Source of the DNA: an uncultured virus (IMG/VR IMGVR_UViG_3300038464_000026)
Taxonomy: Duplodnaviria; Heunggongvirae; Uroviricota; Caudoviricetes; Crassvirales
Direction: 5' to 3' (one strand)
DNA length: 64,000 bases
IMG/VR virus record: IMGVR_UViG_3300038464_000026
A program made the translations under genes and the position numbers. The notes below the pieces were generated by a model. It made no database searches. It saw only the letters and a list, made by a program, of their open reading frames with translations, and had not been told where the DNA came from. Below are positions 28,554 to 38,333 of the stretch, in pieces; position 1 is the stretch's first letter; each line of letters opens with the position of its first letter.

Positions 28554-29999
28554 ATGGATAATTTAAGTAGTAAAGTAATACGAGATGAAGGATTAACAAA
28601 AGACCAAGAAGAGGGAATGAGTAGATTATTAAACTTTGTTAATGGTTCTAAAACAACTTATACTTTATGTGGTTATGCAGGAACAGGTAAGACTTTTTTA
28701 TTAAACTATTTTCTAAATAGTTATAATAGAAGTGTAGTAGTTACTGCACCAACACATAAAGCTGTAAGAATGATAGAGCAGTTAACAGGTAGAAGAGGTA
28801 AAACATTACATTCTCTTCTTGGTCTGAGACCAAATTTAAATCTTGAAAACTTCAATATTAATAATGTTAAATTTGATTTATTAGGAAGTCCTCAAATAAG
28901 TCATTATAATTTAGTAATTATTGATGAGTGTTCACAGATTAATAGTGGTTTAAAGATGATGATAGAACAAATAGCTGCAAATGTACAAAATGGAATTAAA
29001 ATACTTTATATAGGAGATATTTGTCAATTACCTCCTATAGGTGAAAGAGTTAGTGAAACATTCAAAATTAAAGATAAATTTGAATTAACTGAAATTGTTA
29101 GACAAGAAGAAGGTAATCCATTAGTAAAAGTTTTAGCTATATTACGAGATGATATAATAAATAATAAAGATAATTTTATAAAATACATTGGGGCACATAA
29201 AGAAGAAGTAACAGAAAAGGGAGGTTATATACTACTTAATAGAGATGCTTTTAAATTAAAATTAATTGAATATTTTACAGATAAAGCATTTGAAAACAAT
29301 ATAAATTATGCGAGATATACAGGAAGAACTAATGAAAATATAAGGGAATGGAATAAATTTATACGTGATAAAACAATAAAAGATGCAACTACAGGAATGG
29401 TTTGTATAGATGATTTATTTACTGGTTATAAAACAATTGTTGATGAATTTATATCTCCAATTATAATTAATAGTGAAGATTATATTGTAAATCAAATTGA
29501 AGAGAGAATATCTCAAGATGGTTTTAAAGGATATAATTTAGTATTAACTGATGTATTTACAGGCATGCTAACGCCTACAATAACATTAGTTGACCATACT
29601 CATCCAACATTTATTAATTATATTAGAAAAGTAAGTAATTTACATGATTTAGCTATAAATTCCTCTAAAATGGAAAGAGGTAGAAGATGGAAAGAATATT
29701 ATGAATTTAAAAATAGATTTCTTATATTACATGAGTTCCCCATTAGAAAGAATGGAATTGAACAAGCTAAGATAACCAGAGATTTAGATTATGGCTATGG
29801 ATTAACAACTTATAAAATACAAGGTAGCACCTATGATAATATATTTATTAATCTTGTAAACATGATACATTATAATTATGAAGGTAGAAAAGTCATAATC
29901 AAAGATAATAATTACTGTAATTATGCAGTTGAATTAAGAAATAAATCATTATATGTAGCTCTTAGTAGAGCAAAGAAATTAGCAATACTATATTTATAA
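28554..29999 (+). CDS. SF1B (Dda/RecD-like) DNA helicase
   Basis: GYAGTGKT, TAPTHKA, IIDECS, GDICQLPP, LTEIVRQ, TTYKIQGSTY, LYVALSRA; ATG at 28554 preferred to TTG at 28542. Confidence 0.9.
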   Translation: MDNLSSKVIRDEGLTKDQEEGMSRLLNFVNGSKTTYTLCGYAGTGKTFLLNYFLNSYNRSVVVTAPTHKAVRMIEQLTGRRGKTLHSLLGLRPNLNLENFNINNVKFDLLGSPQISHYNLVIIDECSQINSGLKMMIEQIAANVQNGIKILYIGDICQLPPIGERVSETFKIKDKFELTEIVRQEEGNPLVKVLAILRDDIINNKDNFIKYIGAHKEEVTEKGGYILLNRDAFKLKLIEYFTDKAFENNINYARYTGRTNENIREWNKFIRDKTIKDATTGMVCIDDLFTGYKTIVDEFISPIIINSEDYIVNQIEERISQDGFKGYNLVLTDVFTGMLTPTITLVDHTHPTFINYIRKVSNLHDLAINSSKMERGRRWKEYYEFKNRFLILHEFPIRKNGIEQAKITRDLDYGYGLTTYKIQGSTYDNIFINLVNMIHYNYEGRKVIIKDNNYCNYAVELRNKSLYVALSRAKKLAILYL

Positions 30000-30010
30000 A
30001 TTTAAATAAA

Positions 30011-30232
30011 ATGAACTTAAAAAATAAAGTAATTAATAATGAATCTAGTAAAAAGATACCTCTTAAATCTAAAGTTACTAATAAAGTTAGATGTCAAGGA
30101 TTTGAATTAAATACCTGTAGTATAGATGAGATAAATAAAATCTTAGAAAAGTTTGATGGTATTTCTATAATAAATGTAGAATTAACTGATAGTAATATAG
30201 AAGATGGAATAATAATATTTTATAATACATAA
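30011..30232 (+). CDS. Hypothetical protein
   Basis: 73 aa ORF. Confidence 0.55.
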   Translation: MNLKNKVINNESSKKIPLKSKVTNKVRCQGFELNTCSIDEINKILEKFDGISIINVELTDSNIEDGIIIFYNT

Positions 30233-30235
30233 GTT

Positions 30236-30403
30236 ATGGCAAATAATGAACTAAAAAAAGCAGTAGTAAGTAATATAAGAGAACTTTTAAAGAATCTTAA
30301 TAATGAACTATCTATTGCAAAAGATATTAGATTAGTACTATATATTGATAAAAAAGGTAATGAGAAAGTAATTATTGAAATAAAAGAAATAATAAATTAT
30401 TAA
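30236..30403 (+). CDS. Small hypothetical protein (55 aa, not in track)
   Basis: MANNELKKAVVSNIRELL...EIINY*; abuts UDG start. Confidence 0.55.
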   Translation: MANNELKKAVVSNIRELLKNLNNELSIAKDIRLVLYIDKKGNEKVIIEIKEIINY

Positions 30404-30961
30404 ATGATAATTAAGTGTAATAAATGCGACTTATGCCTTACTAGAAAGAATATAGTTAATGGTCATGGTAATATAGGAGCTGAACTTATGTTTATAGGTG
30501 AAGCACCAGGATATACAGAAGATAAATATGGTACTCCCTTTACTGGTAAGGCAGGTGCATTATTAACTAAATATTTAGAGCTGTTCAATTTTCATAGAAT
30601 AACTAATATTTATATAACTAATATTATAAAATGTAGACCTCCTAGTAATAGGAAGCCTACAAATATTGAAATATCTAATTGCAGACCTTATTTAATAAAT
30701 GAAATTAATACAGTTAATCCTAAAATAATAGTTTTATTAGGTAATACAGCTATTGAAACATTATTAGGAGTTACAGGTATTAGTAAAATAAGAGGCAAAT
30801 GGATTCATACTAATAGTAGATGGATAATGCCTATGTTTCATCCAAGTTATTTATTAGATGATAGTAGATTAAAAGAAAGAACTCTAATGTTTAATGATTT
30901 TAATAAAATATTAGATAAATATAGAGAGATTGTAGATTGGAAACATAATACTAATTTTTAA
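30404..30961 (+). CDS. udg: Uracil-DNA glycosylase, family 4 (Fe-S)
   Basis: CNKCDL, FIGEAPG, PFTGKAG, YITNIIKCRP, NC, LLGNTA, FHPSY. Confidence 0.92.
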   Translation: MIIKCNKCDLCLTRKNIVNGHGNIGAELMFIGEAPGYTEDKYGTPFTGKAGALLTKYLELFNFHRITNIYITNIIKCRPPSNRKPTNIEISNCRPYLINEINTVNPKIIVLLGNTAIETLLGVTGISKIRGKWIHTNSRWIMPMFHPSYLLDDSRLKERTLMFNDFNKILDKYREIVDWKHNTNF

Positions 30962-30964
30962 AAT

Positions 30965-31189
30965 ATGGAATATATTAAAGAAAAAAGAACTAAAGAAATA
31001 ATATGTTTATTTGTAGATAAATATGAGAATAATGTAGCTATATATATAGATAAAAACGGTTTTGCACTTGAAAGATATTCTCCTACTGTAACAACTTATG
31101 CTCAAGATTGTTATAAATCTAGTCCTAATAATTACACTATTATAAGTAGAGCAGCTTTTATTAAAGCATTAAATAAATGTTTTAAATAA
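30965..31189 (+). CDS. Hypothetical protein
   Basis: 74 aa ORF. Confidence 0.55.
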   Translation: MEYIKEKRTKEIICLFVDKYENNVAIYIDKNGFALERYSPTVTTYAQDCYKSSPNNYTIISRAAFIKALNKCFK

Positions 31190-31190
31190 A

Positions 31191-33263
31191 ATGAAATCAG
31201 GATACTTCTATGACATTGAATGTTATCCTAATTATTTTACTATAGGTTTTCTTCCTATAAATACTAATAAGGATATAGTAGATAGTTATTGTAAAGCTGA
31301 TTGGCAAGGTAGATATGACGATAAATCTGAAATATTAAAACAACTTAATATTCATAGATTTACTATTTCAGGTAATAATAACTTAGGAACTAATAGAATA
31401 GCTCTACTTAATTTAAAAGATTTTATATTAAATGAAGTTGTAGTTCTAGTAGGATTTGATAACTATAGATACGATAATTTATTAATAGATTATGTATTAG
31501 TTAAATATCTAACATTAAGTAAATCTAATGCTATAGTTGAAAAAATATATGACGAATCATATAGAATAATTGATTATAAAGGATTTAATTATCGTAAAAA
31601 TTCTGGTTATTTTAAGAATTATGAAATTCCTTATAAATCAATTGATTTAGCTAGACTTCATAGACTTGATAAAACAAGAACTAGTCTAAAACAGGTAATG
31701 ATTAAATTAAAATGGTATAGAATACAATCATTACCAATAGCAGTAGGTACTCAAATAGAAAAAAAAGATGAGGCTATAATAGATGATTATAATGTAAATG
31801 ATTTGTTAGGAACTCAATTATTATATATTAATGGTAAAGATGAATTAGAACAAAGACTTGTTGCTAGTTCATTTTATGGAGTAGATGTTACTAATTCTTC
31901 AAGAAGTAATATGGCAGATAGAATATTATCTAAATTCTATGAAGATGCTACAGGATTTGATTGGTGGGATTACAAAAATAAAAGAACTGAAAGAAGAATT
32001 ATTGCATTTAAAGATTTAATAGATAATAATATAAAATTCAAAAGTGAAGAATTATCTGAGTTTTTAAGAGAAATACGTAACACTGTTATTAATGTAGGAA
32101 CTATAGATAATAATAAAATATCTAAGCTAAAAAGAAATATAATATTTAAAGGAACTAAATATACATTTGCTAAAGGAGGATTACATAGTAATGATAATCC
32201 TGGTATATTTAAATCTACAGATAGTTATTCTTTATATGATGCTGATGTTAATAGTTTTTATCCTAAAGTTATTATTAATCTGAGATTATGTCCTGAACAT
32301 TTAATCAAAACTACATTTCTTTTTATAGTAGAATTTATAACTAATAAAAGATTAGAAACTGGAGATAATATATTAAAAATTGTAATTAATGCTATATTTG
32401 GTAAAATGGGAGATATATATAGCTGGTTATATGATTTAGTTCCTATGTATTCCACTACTATTAATGGTCAACTATTATTACTAATGTTAATTGAAGATTT
32501 AGAATATAATAATTTGCATGTAATTAGTGCTAATACAGATGGTATTATTACTATAGTTCCTAATGATAGATTTTCAGAATATAAATATATTTGTGATAAC
32601 TGGTCTAAATTACATAATTTCGGATTAAAATTTACTGAAATAATAAAATATGTAAGATTAAATGTAAATCATTATCTTGTAATTAAAAAAGATGGTTCAG
32701 TTAAAGCTAAAGGTAGATTTCTTACTGAATATGGTGTATCTAATGAGCATGATGATGAAGAAGTTGAAGCAGAAGATATAGATGTATCAAAAGGATATAA
32801 GTTTCCTTTGGTTTCTAAAGTATTGCATGATTATTATGTTAATGGAAAGACAGTAGATGAATCTTTATATAATAACACTGATATATATGATTTTTGTATA
32901 TCACAGCGAACTGGTAAGGATTTCATTAATGAGTATCATACTATAAAAGATTCTAAATTAGATATAAAAATACTACAAAAGAATGTAAGATATTATGTAT
33001 CTAAATCAGGAGGTGTATTATTTAAAAGAAAAAAAGAGAATAATGAATTAACCGCATTAATATCTGGTAAAACCGTTACAATATTTAATAATTACTTTGA
33101 AGTATCTGATTTTAAAGAATATAATATTAATTATAATTTTTATAAAGCTGAAATATATAAGATAATATATAGTGTATCTAATGTAATACATAAAGATATA
33201 GTCGGTACTAGAAATGGTACTAAAAGTGGAATAAGTGGTACTTTATTTGATAATATAGAATAA
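31191..33263 (+). CDS. DNA polymerase family B (crAss-type)
   Basis: Exo I YDIECY, Exo II GFDNYRYD, Exo III YNVND; pol motifs DVNSFYP, KIVINAIFGK, SANTDGI. Confidence 0.9.
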   Translation: MKSGYFYDIECYPNYFTIGFLPINTNKDIVDSYCKADWQGRYDDKSEILKQLNIHRFTISGNNNLGTNRIALLNLKDFILNEVVVLVGFDNYRYDNLLIDYVLVKYLTLSKSNAIVEKIYDESYRIIDYKGFNYRKNSGYFKNYEIPYKSIDLARLHRLDKTRTSLKQVMIKLKWYRIQSLPIAVGTQIEKKDEAIIDDYNVNDLLGTQLLYINGKDELEQRLVASSFYGVDVTNSSRSNMADRILSKFYEDATGFDWWDYKNKRTERRIIAFKDLIDNNIKFKSEELSEFLREIRNTVINVGTIDNNKISKLKRNIIFKGTKYTFAKGGLHSNDNPGIFKSTDSYSLYDADVNSFYPKVIINLRLCPEHLIKTTFLFIVEFITNKRLETGDNILKIVINAIFGKMGDIYSWLYDLVPMYSTTINGQLLLLMLIEDLEYNNLHVISANTDGIITIVPNDRFSEYKYICDNWSKLHNFGLKFTEIIKYVRLNVNHYLVIKKDGSVKAKGRFLTEYGVSNEHDDEEVEAEDIDVSKGYKFPLVSKVLHDYYVNGKTVDESLYNNTDIYDFCISQRTGKDFINEYHTIKDSKLDIKILQKNVRYYVSKSGGVLFKRKKENNELTALISGKTVTIFNNYFEVSDFKEYNINYNFYKAEIYKIIYSVSNVIHKDIVGTRNGTKSGISGTLFDNIE

Positions 33264-33506
33264 ATGAAATATATAATAAAACAAAGAGTTAAACGTCATG
33301 TAACTGAGATATTAGATTATATTTATGAAATAGATACTATTGATGGCAGAAAAGCAATCTGTTTAATCAAAGATGATATTAAATATAACTCAAATCATCA
33401 CTTTAAAGAAGAACTTGAATTAAATAGAGAAATAATAGATGAATTAAGAGAAGATAAACTAAGAATAGTAAAAAGTAATGATACTCAAATAAAATTAGAA
33501 TTATGA
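33264..33506 (+). CDS. Hypothetical protein
   Basis: 80 aa, abuts both neighbours. Confidence 0.55.
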   Translation: MKYIIKQRVKRHVTEILDYIYEIDTIDGRKAICLIKDDIKYNSNHHFKEELELNREIIDELREDKLRIVKSNDTQIKLEL

Positions 33507-34990
33507 ATATAGGTATGAGTAAAGTAATAGATGAAGGAAAATATAAAAGGCAATTAGAAGGTACAAATAAATGGAAAGCTAACAATGGAATAGGTACATT
33601 ACATTATACTATGAGATTTGGTAAGACTTATGTGGGTATTTTAATTATGCAAAGAGTATTGGAGCATAACCCCAATTGTAAAATTATTATAATAGTACCA
33701 AGTATTGTTATTATTAATAATTGGGCTAATGCAATAGAAGATGAAGGATTAAATAAAGATAATATAACTATTGCTACTTCGCATGAGGTATTAAATGGTA
33801 AATATAATAATGTAGTATATAGATTACGAATAATTGATGAAGTTCATAAGTTCTTTACTGATGAAAGATTTAAGATTATATCAGGAGAAGTTATAAAAAG
33901 TCCATTTCTATTATGTTTAACTGGAAGTTTACCTGCTGATATTTCTAAATTATCTCAATATTGTCCTATTATAGATTCTATTACAGAACAAGAAGCTATA
34001 GATAATAATTGGATTTCTAATTATACTGAATATAATTTAGGTTTGGAGTTATCTGATGAAGATAAGATAGGTTATATTAAATTTAGTGAACCTATATCTG
34101 AAACACTTAGATTATTTAAGAATTGTCATAAACTATTTAAATTACAAGAAGAAATATATCTATTTAAAGATGAATATGATTTAATACAATCTTGTTATTC
34201 TGGTAAAAAAATTAGTAAAGGTTATATTAAAGCATATATAATAAGAGAACAACTAGCTTCTAAAATGGGTTGGAGTAAGAAACTTGATTTGAGTACATCA
34301 CAAGGTAAAGCTTTAGAAGATTATTGGAATCCTGTTAATTTAGAAATAAGAACTAAAACATTTGTTAATTTTGTTAGAAAAAGAACTGAAATTATACATA
34401 ATAATACAATTAAGCTAAATGCTGTATTAGATATTTATAATAAATTTCCTAATAAAACTATATGTTTTAATGAAAGTATTGATTTTGCAGAGAGAATTAA
34501 AGATTCTATTAGATTTACTTTAAACATGTCAGCTATATGTTATCATAGTAAAATAATATCAAGTTCTTTAATAGACCCTAATACAAATCAATATTATCTC
34601 TATATGTCAGGTGCTAAAGTAGGTGAACCTAAAATGTTTGGTAAAAAAGCTATATTAGATGATATGTTGAAAGGTATGATTAATGGAAAATATAACTTCT
34701 TATCAACTGCAAGAGCTTTAGATGAAGGAATTGATATACCAAATTTAGAACAAATTATTACAACAGCTGGTAGTGCAAATCCAATACAATATAGCCAAAG
34801 AAGTGCAAGAGCAAAAACAATAGATTGTTATAATCCAAGTAAAATAGCAAGGATTATAAACCTTTATTTTGACGATTTCCAAAGCGAAGGAGAAACGATT
34901 AGATGTAGGGACAAGCAAAAGTTAAGGTTAAGGCAAAAGTTCTCTAATTCAAACGTAAATTGGGTAAATTCTCTTGATGATGTATTCTAA
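33503..34990 (+). CDS. SF2 helicase (UvsW/XPB-like)
   Basis: TMRFGKT, IIDEVH, LCLTGS, ALDEGIDIP, QRSARA. Confidence 0.85.
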   Translation: MNIGMSKVIDEGKYKRQLEGTNKWKANNGIGTLHYTMRFGKTYVGILIMQRVLEHNPNCKIIIIVPSIVIINNWANAIEDEGLNKDNITIATSHEVLNGKYNNVVYRLRIIDEVHKFFTDERFKIISGEVIKSPFLLCLTGSLPADISKLSQYCPIIDSITEQEAIDNNWISNYTEYNLGLELSDEDKIGYIKFSEPISETLRLFKNCHKLFKLQEEIYLFKDEYDLIQSCYSGKKISKGYIKAYIIREQLASKMGWSKKLDLSTSQGKALEDYWNPVNLEIRTKTFVNFVRKRTEIIHNNTIKLNAVLDIYNKFPNKTICFNESIDFAERIKDSIRFTLNMSAICYHSKIISSSLIDPNTNQYYLYMSGAKVGEPKMFGKKAILDDMLKGMINGKYNFLSTARALDEGIDIPNLEQIITTAGSANPIQYSQRSARAKTIDCYNPSKIARIINLYFDDFQSEGETIRCRDKQKLRLRQKFSNSNVNWVNSLDDVF

Positions 34991-34993
34991 TAA

Positions 34994-35060
34994 TGTTCAT
35001 AATATTGTTAATAGTTTAATAAAGTACTTGTAATTTAGCATTGTATTATGCTTATTTTTG
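34994..35060 (+). promoter_or_regulatory. Promoter C: -7 element with tandem upstream boxes
   Basis: TGTTCATAA(34994-35002)-tat-TGTTAATAG(35006-35014)-N38-TATTTTTG(35053-35060). Confidence 0.8.
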
Positions 35061-35089
35061 TAGTCTGCAATTTCAAATTATAGATTAGT

Positions 35090-36001
35090 ATGGAAGAGAA
35101 TGATAAGAAAAATGAAGAAATTAGTAATGATAAAATTTTAGTTAAAATTGATGATTCATTTGCTATAGTTAAGCAGATGAAGGATATTAATGCTATGGTT
35201 GATTGGATTGCAGATAGTAATCTAGGAATACCGTTCCAAGATAAAGATGGTAAAGTAAATAAAAGTGATATTGTTGCTAATATTATTATGGGGCATGAAT
35301 TAGGATTAAGTCCATTAGGTTCAATAGCTTATGGTAAGAAATTAGGAATTAAATCCTATATGGCTGTAATTAAAGGTAAAACACTAGGTGTTGACCCTGT
35401 TACAGCTATGAATAAGATTTATACTATTCCTAATAAGAGTGGAGATATGATAGTTACTGGAGTAGATATAATATTAAAAGTTATGATTGATAATGGTGTA
35501 ACATGGGAAATAATAGAAAATTATTCTCCAGTTTATAATTATTATCATGGAACTAGAATTATGTCAGAAGAAGAATATTTGGAAGATGGTAAACTTAAAA
35601 GTAAGTTTATACTTATATTTCCCTCTACTAATGCTAGTGAACTTAAAGCAATTACTGATAGTGGTAAGATTCCTGTTACCAAAAAAGAAACAACAAAAAG
35701 AACAACAATTAAATTTACGAGAAAAAGTATAGGAATAATTAATTATCTTAGTTCATATACTCTACAGCAAGCAACAGATGCAGGATTATATAAAGGTTTT
35801 CTAACAGATAAAGAAGATGGAAAAGCAATATATATAGAAGGAAAAGATAACTGGAATAAATATCCTGAAACTATGCTTATAAATAGAGTTTTCTCAAATG
35901 TAGGTAGGAAAATAGTAGGAGATAAGTTGAATGGTGTGTATGATGTAAGTGAGATACCTGCTGATGTTAAAACTGTAGATACAGAGTATATTGAAGTATA
36001 A
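35090..36001 (+). CDS. RecT/Red-beta-like single-strand annealing protein
   Basis: IIMGHELGLSP, GKTLGVDPVTAMNKI, SYTLQQATDAGL, DNWNKYPETMLINR. Confidence 0.65.
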   Translation: MEENDKKNEEISNDKILVKIDDSFAIVKQMKDINAMVDWIADSNLGIPFQDKDGKVNKSDIVANIIMGHELGLSPLGSIAYGKKLGIKSYMAVIKGKTLGVDPVTAMNKIYTIPNKSGDMIVTGVDIILKVMIDNGVTWEIIENYSPVYNYYHGTRIMSEEEYLEDGKLKSKFILIFPSTNASELKAITDSGKIPVTKKETTKRTTIKFTRKSIGIINYLSSYTLQQATDAGLYKGFLTDKEDGKAIYIEGKDNWNKYPETMLINRVFSNVGRKIVGDKLNGVYDVSEIPADVKTVDTEYIEV

Positions 36002-36134
36002 TAATATTAAAAACGTTAAAGTACCTTTAAAGAGAAATTATACATGGGCGTATAATAGTACTTTTAAATGGATTACAGGTTAATATTTTTAATGGAGAAT
36101 TAAACATATTAATTAATTAATTAAAAAAGTAAAT

Positions 36135-36770
36135 ATGAGTGATTTAAAAGGTTTTAGTAAATTTACAGGTTCTGTAGATTTAATAAACAAAGTAGTAGAT
36201 GTTAAGAAAGTAACTGTAAGCACAACTGCACAGATTTTATTAACTCCAACTAAAGATAAGTTTACCCTAAATGATAAAGCAATGGAATTGCTTGATTTGA
36301 AAATAGGAGATAAAATTGTCATTTTGGACTTAAATAAAGGAGTTACTGAACCTAGTGAATTGGAAACAGATGATAATAATAGATTCTTAATAGCTAAGAA
36401 TATTTACGATGTCTCAAGTAAGAAAGGTAAAATTGGAGACCATAATAGTTTTAGTTATGTAGGTGCATATTCAGCTATATTAGCTGGTGTTCCTAATAAA
36501 ACAGCATTAACTGTTAAAGAATTAATAGGTTTAGGTGTAACAGTAGAAAGGGTTACAACAGGAAAAGATGGTAAGAGTCATACTTCTTACATAGCTACAA
36601 AGAAGGTAGCTTGTGATATAGTACTTGTAGGTGAATCCATTATCAGTAAAGATGAAAATGCTGATACTCAACCTATATATGGATTGACTAATCTTGTTAG
36701 AACTACTTATACCCCTCAAGAAATTAAGGATGTTAAAGCAGAATCTACTACAAATGAAGAAACAGAATAG
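36135..36770 (+). CDS. Hypothetical protein with acidic tail (possible SSB/nucleoid protein)
   Basis: 211 aa; acidic C-terminus; own terminator. Confidence 0.45.
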   Translation: MSDLKGFSKFTGSVDLINKVVDVKKVTVSTTAQILLTPTKDKFTLNDKAMELLDLKIGDKIVILDLNKGVTEPSELETDDNNRFLIAKNIYDVSSKKGKIGDHNSFSYVGAYSAILAGVPNKTALTVKELIGLGVTVERVTTGKDGKSHTSYIATKKVACDIVLVGESIISKDENADTQPIYGLTNLVRTTYTPQEIKDVKAESTTNEETE

Positions 36771-36782
36771 TAATTAGTTTTG

Positions 36783-36823
36783 ATAGCAGTGAGCTATTAG
36801 ATTAATTAGCTCACTGCTATTTT
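36783..36823 (+). terminator. Intrinsic terminator
   Basis: 14-bp stem ATAGCAGTGAGCTA/TAGCTCACTGCTAT plus TTT. Confidence 0.8.
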
Positions 36824-36848
36824 ATATGGATTTAAACAACAAATAAAA

Positions 36849-37745
36849 ATGGCAGAAGAAGTAGATAATAAAGATAAGAAAAGCTTTCTAAATTTATCCG
36901 TAGAAGGTGAAGCAGCAAGAGTAAAAGGATTTAGACTTTTACCAGAAATAGATGATTTATGTATTGGTTTTTTGAACAATGTTTCAGTAGAAATGTTAGA
37001 TTCAAAAAAAGTAAAAGAAAATGGTAGTATTAATGAATGGGAGTATGCAGGATTTATTAGTCCTCGTTTAACATTTAATTTTACTAATTTTATTGGACCT
37101 GATATAGCTACTAAGGATGTAGAAAGACGTTTCAGATATAGTGAGGGCTGTATTGTCAGCATAACAAATGCAAAAGAAGAAATGACTGATAAAGCTCTAC
37201 AAAAATTATATGGAGATATGTGGTTAAGATTAAAGCATATTCTTGAGATATTTTCTAATGAATGTAAAATTGACTATCGTAAAGATTCTAATTTAGTACA
37301 TGCCTTAGCATCAATAGATAGTATTGATATAATTAAAGGTAAAGATATACAGAAGAGAATAGATGCTTTTACTAAATTATTTAAAGCAATAGCTCATATA
37401 TTTAATACAGGTAATAATGGTAATCCAATATTTATACGTAGTAAAGATATACCAATTATAGTATATATGAAATTTGCTGCTGATTGGAGCACTCATAGAT
37501 ATTATACATTTCCTACTTATGTTGAAGATGGATTCTTAGAAGTTTGTAGACTAACTGATAAGAAAATAAGAATTAATCCACCTTCAATTAAAATTAAAGA
37601 TAAGAGTACTATTGTTCTTAGAGGTAAAGGTAAATATAATGGTAAAATCGATAATAGCGATAGTCCTAATGATGGAGAATATGAACATCCTGAAATGGAA
37701 GAAGGACTTAGAATAGCATTAGGCTATAAACCTATGAAAGGATAG
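36849..37745 (+). CDS. Conserved crAss replication-block protein (possible SSB)
   Basis: 298 aa; YYTFPTYVEDGFLE; flexible acidic C-terminus. Confidence 0.45.
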   Translation: MAEEVDNKDKKSFLNLSVEGEAARVKGFRLLPEIDDLCIGFLNNVSVEMLDSKKVKENGSINEWEYAGFISPRLTFNFTNFIGPDIATKDVERRFRYSEGCIVSITNAKEEMTDKALQKLYGDMWLRLKHILEIFSNECKIDYRKDSNLVHALASIDSIDIIKGKDIQKRIDAFTKLFKAIAHIFNTGNNGNPIFIRSKDIPIIVYMKFAADWSTHRYYTFPTYVEDGFLEVCRLTDKKIRINPPSIKIKDKSTIVLRGKGKYNGKIDNSDSPNDGEYEHPEMEEGLRIALGYKPMKG

Positions 37746-37766
37746 AGTTGAAGTTTGGTTAATGTT

Positions 37767-37799
37767 AGGGGTAATTAATTTATTAGTTACCCCTTTTTT
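37767..37799 (+). terminator. Intrinsic terminator
   Basis: AGGGGTAATTAA/TTAGTTACCCCT plus T tract. Confidence 0.8.
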
Positions 37800-37821
37800 A
37801 TAATAATTAATTTATAATTAT

Positions 37822-38142
37822 ATGGCAAGTGAAAAATCATATTTAAAAGGTCATAAAGCCTCAGGTTTAAAAGTAGGTGATAAAGTAAAAATAGTTAGAA
37901 AAGCTAAAGATTTTGAAAAAGGATGGAGTACTGTTTGGATTGGTTCAATGGATGGCACAGTAAATACAATGGGTACTATAACAAGTGATGATAGAGAATA
38001 TGGATTTATGATAGATAAAAATGCGTATTATCCCTATTTTGTATTAGAAAAAGTAGTTAGTAAAAAAGCTGCTAAATCTACTAAACCTACTACTAAGAAA
38101 AAAGTAACTAAAAAAGTAATTAAAATAATAATAATACGATAA
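37822..38142 (+). CDS. KOW/SH3-like protein with Lys-rich tail
   Basis: GLKVGDKVKIVR...; tail KKAAKSTKPTTKKKVTKK. Confidence 0.6.
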   Translation: MASEKSYLKGHKASGLKVGDKVKIVRKAKDFEKGWSTVWIGSMDGTVNTMGTITSDDREYGFMIDKNAYYPYFVLEKVVSKKAAKSTKPTTKKKVTKKVIKIIIIR

Positions 38143-38330
38143 TGGATAAAAATGATAAATTAGAAAGTGGAGTAACATTAGAGGATGCTCTTAATACTAC
38201 AATTGATTTTTTAGAATGGTTTAAACTATATCTAAGAGAAAATGAACCTGAAGCTACAAGTTCAATACATCATATAGATGATTTGATAAACGAGTTACCC
38301 TCTGATATAGATGAACTATGTGAAGATTAA
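38142..38330 (+). CDS. Small acidic protein
   Basis: 62 aa ORF. Confidence 0.55.
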   Translation: MDKNDKLESGVTLEDALNTTIDFLEWFKLYLRENEPEATSSIHHIDDLINELPSDIDELCED

Positions 38331-38333
38331 ACT

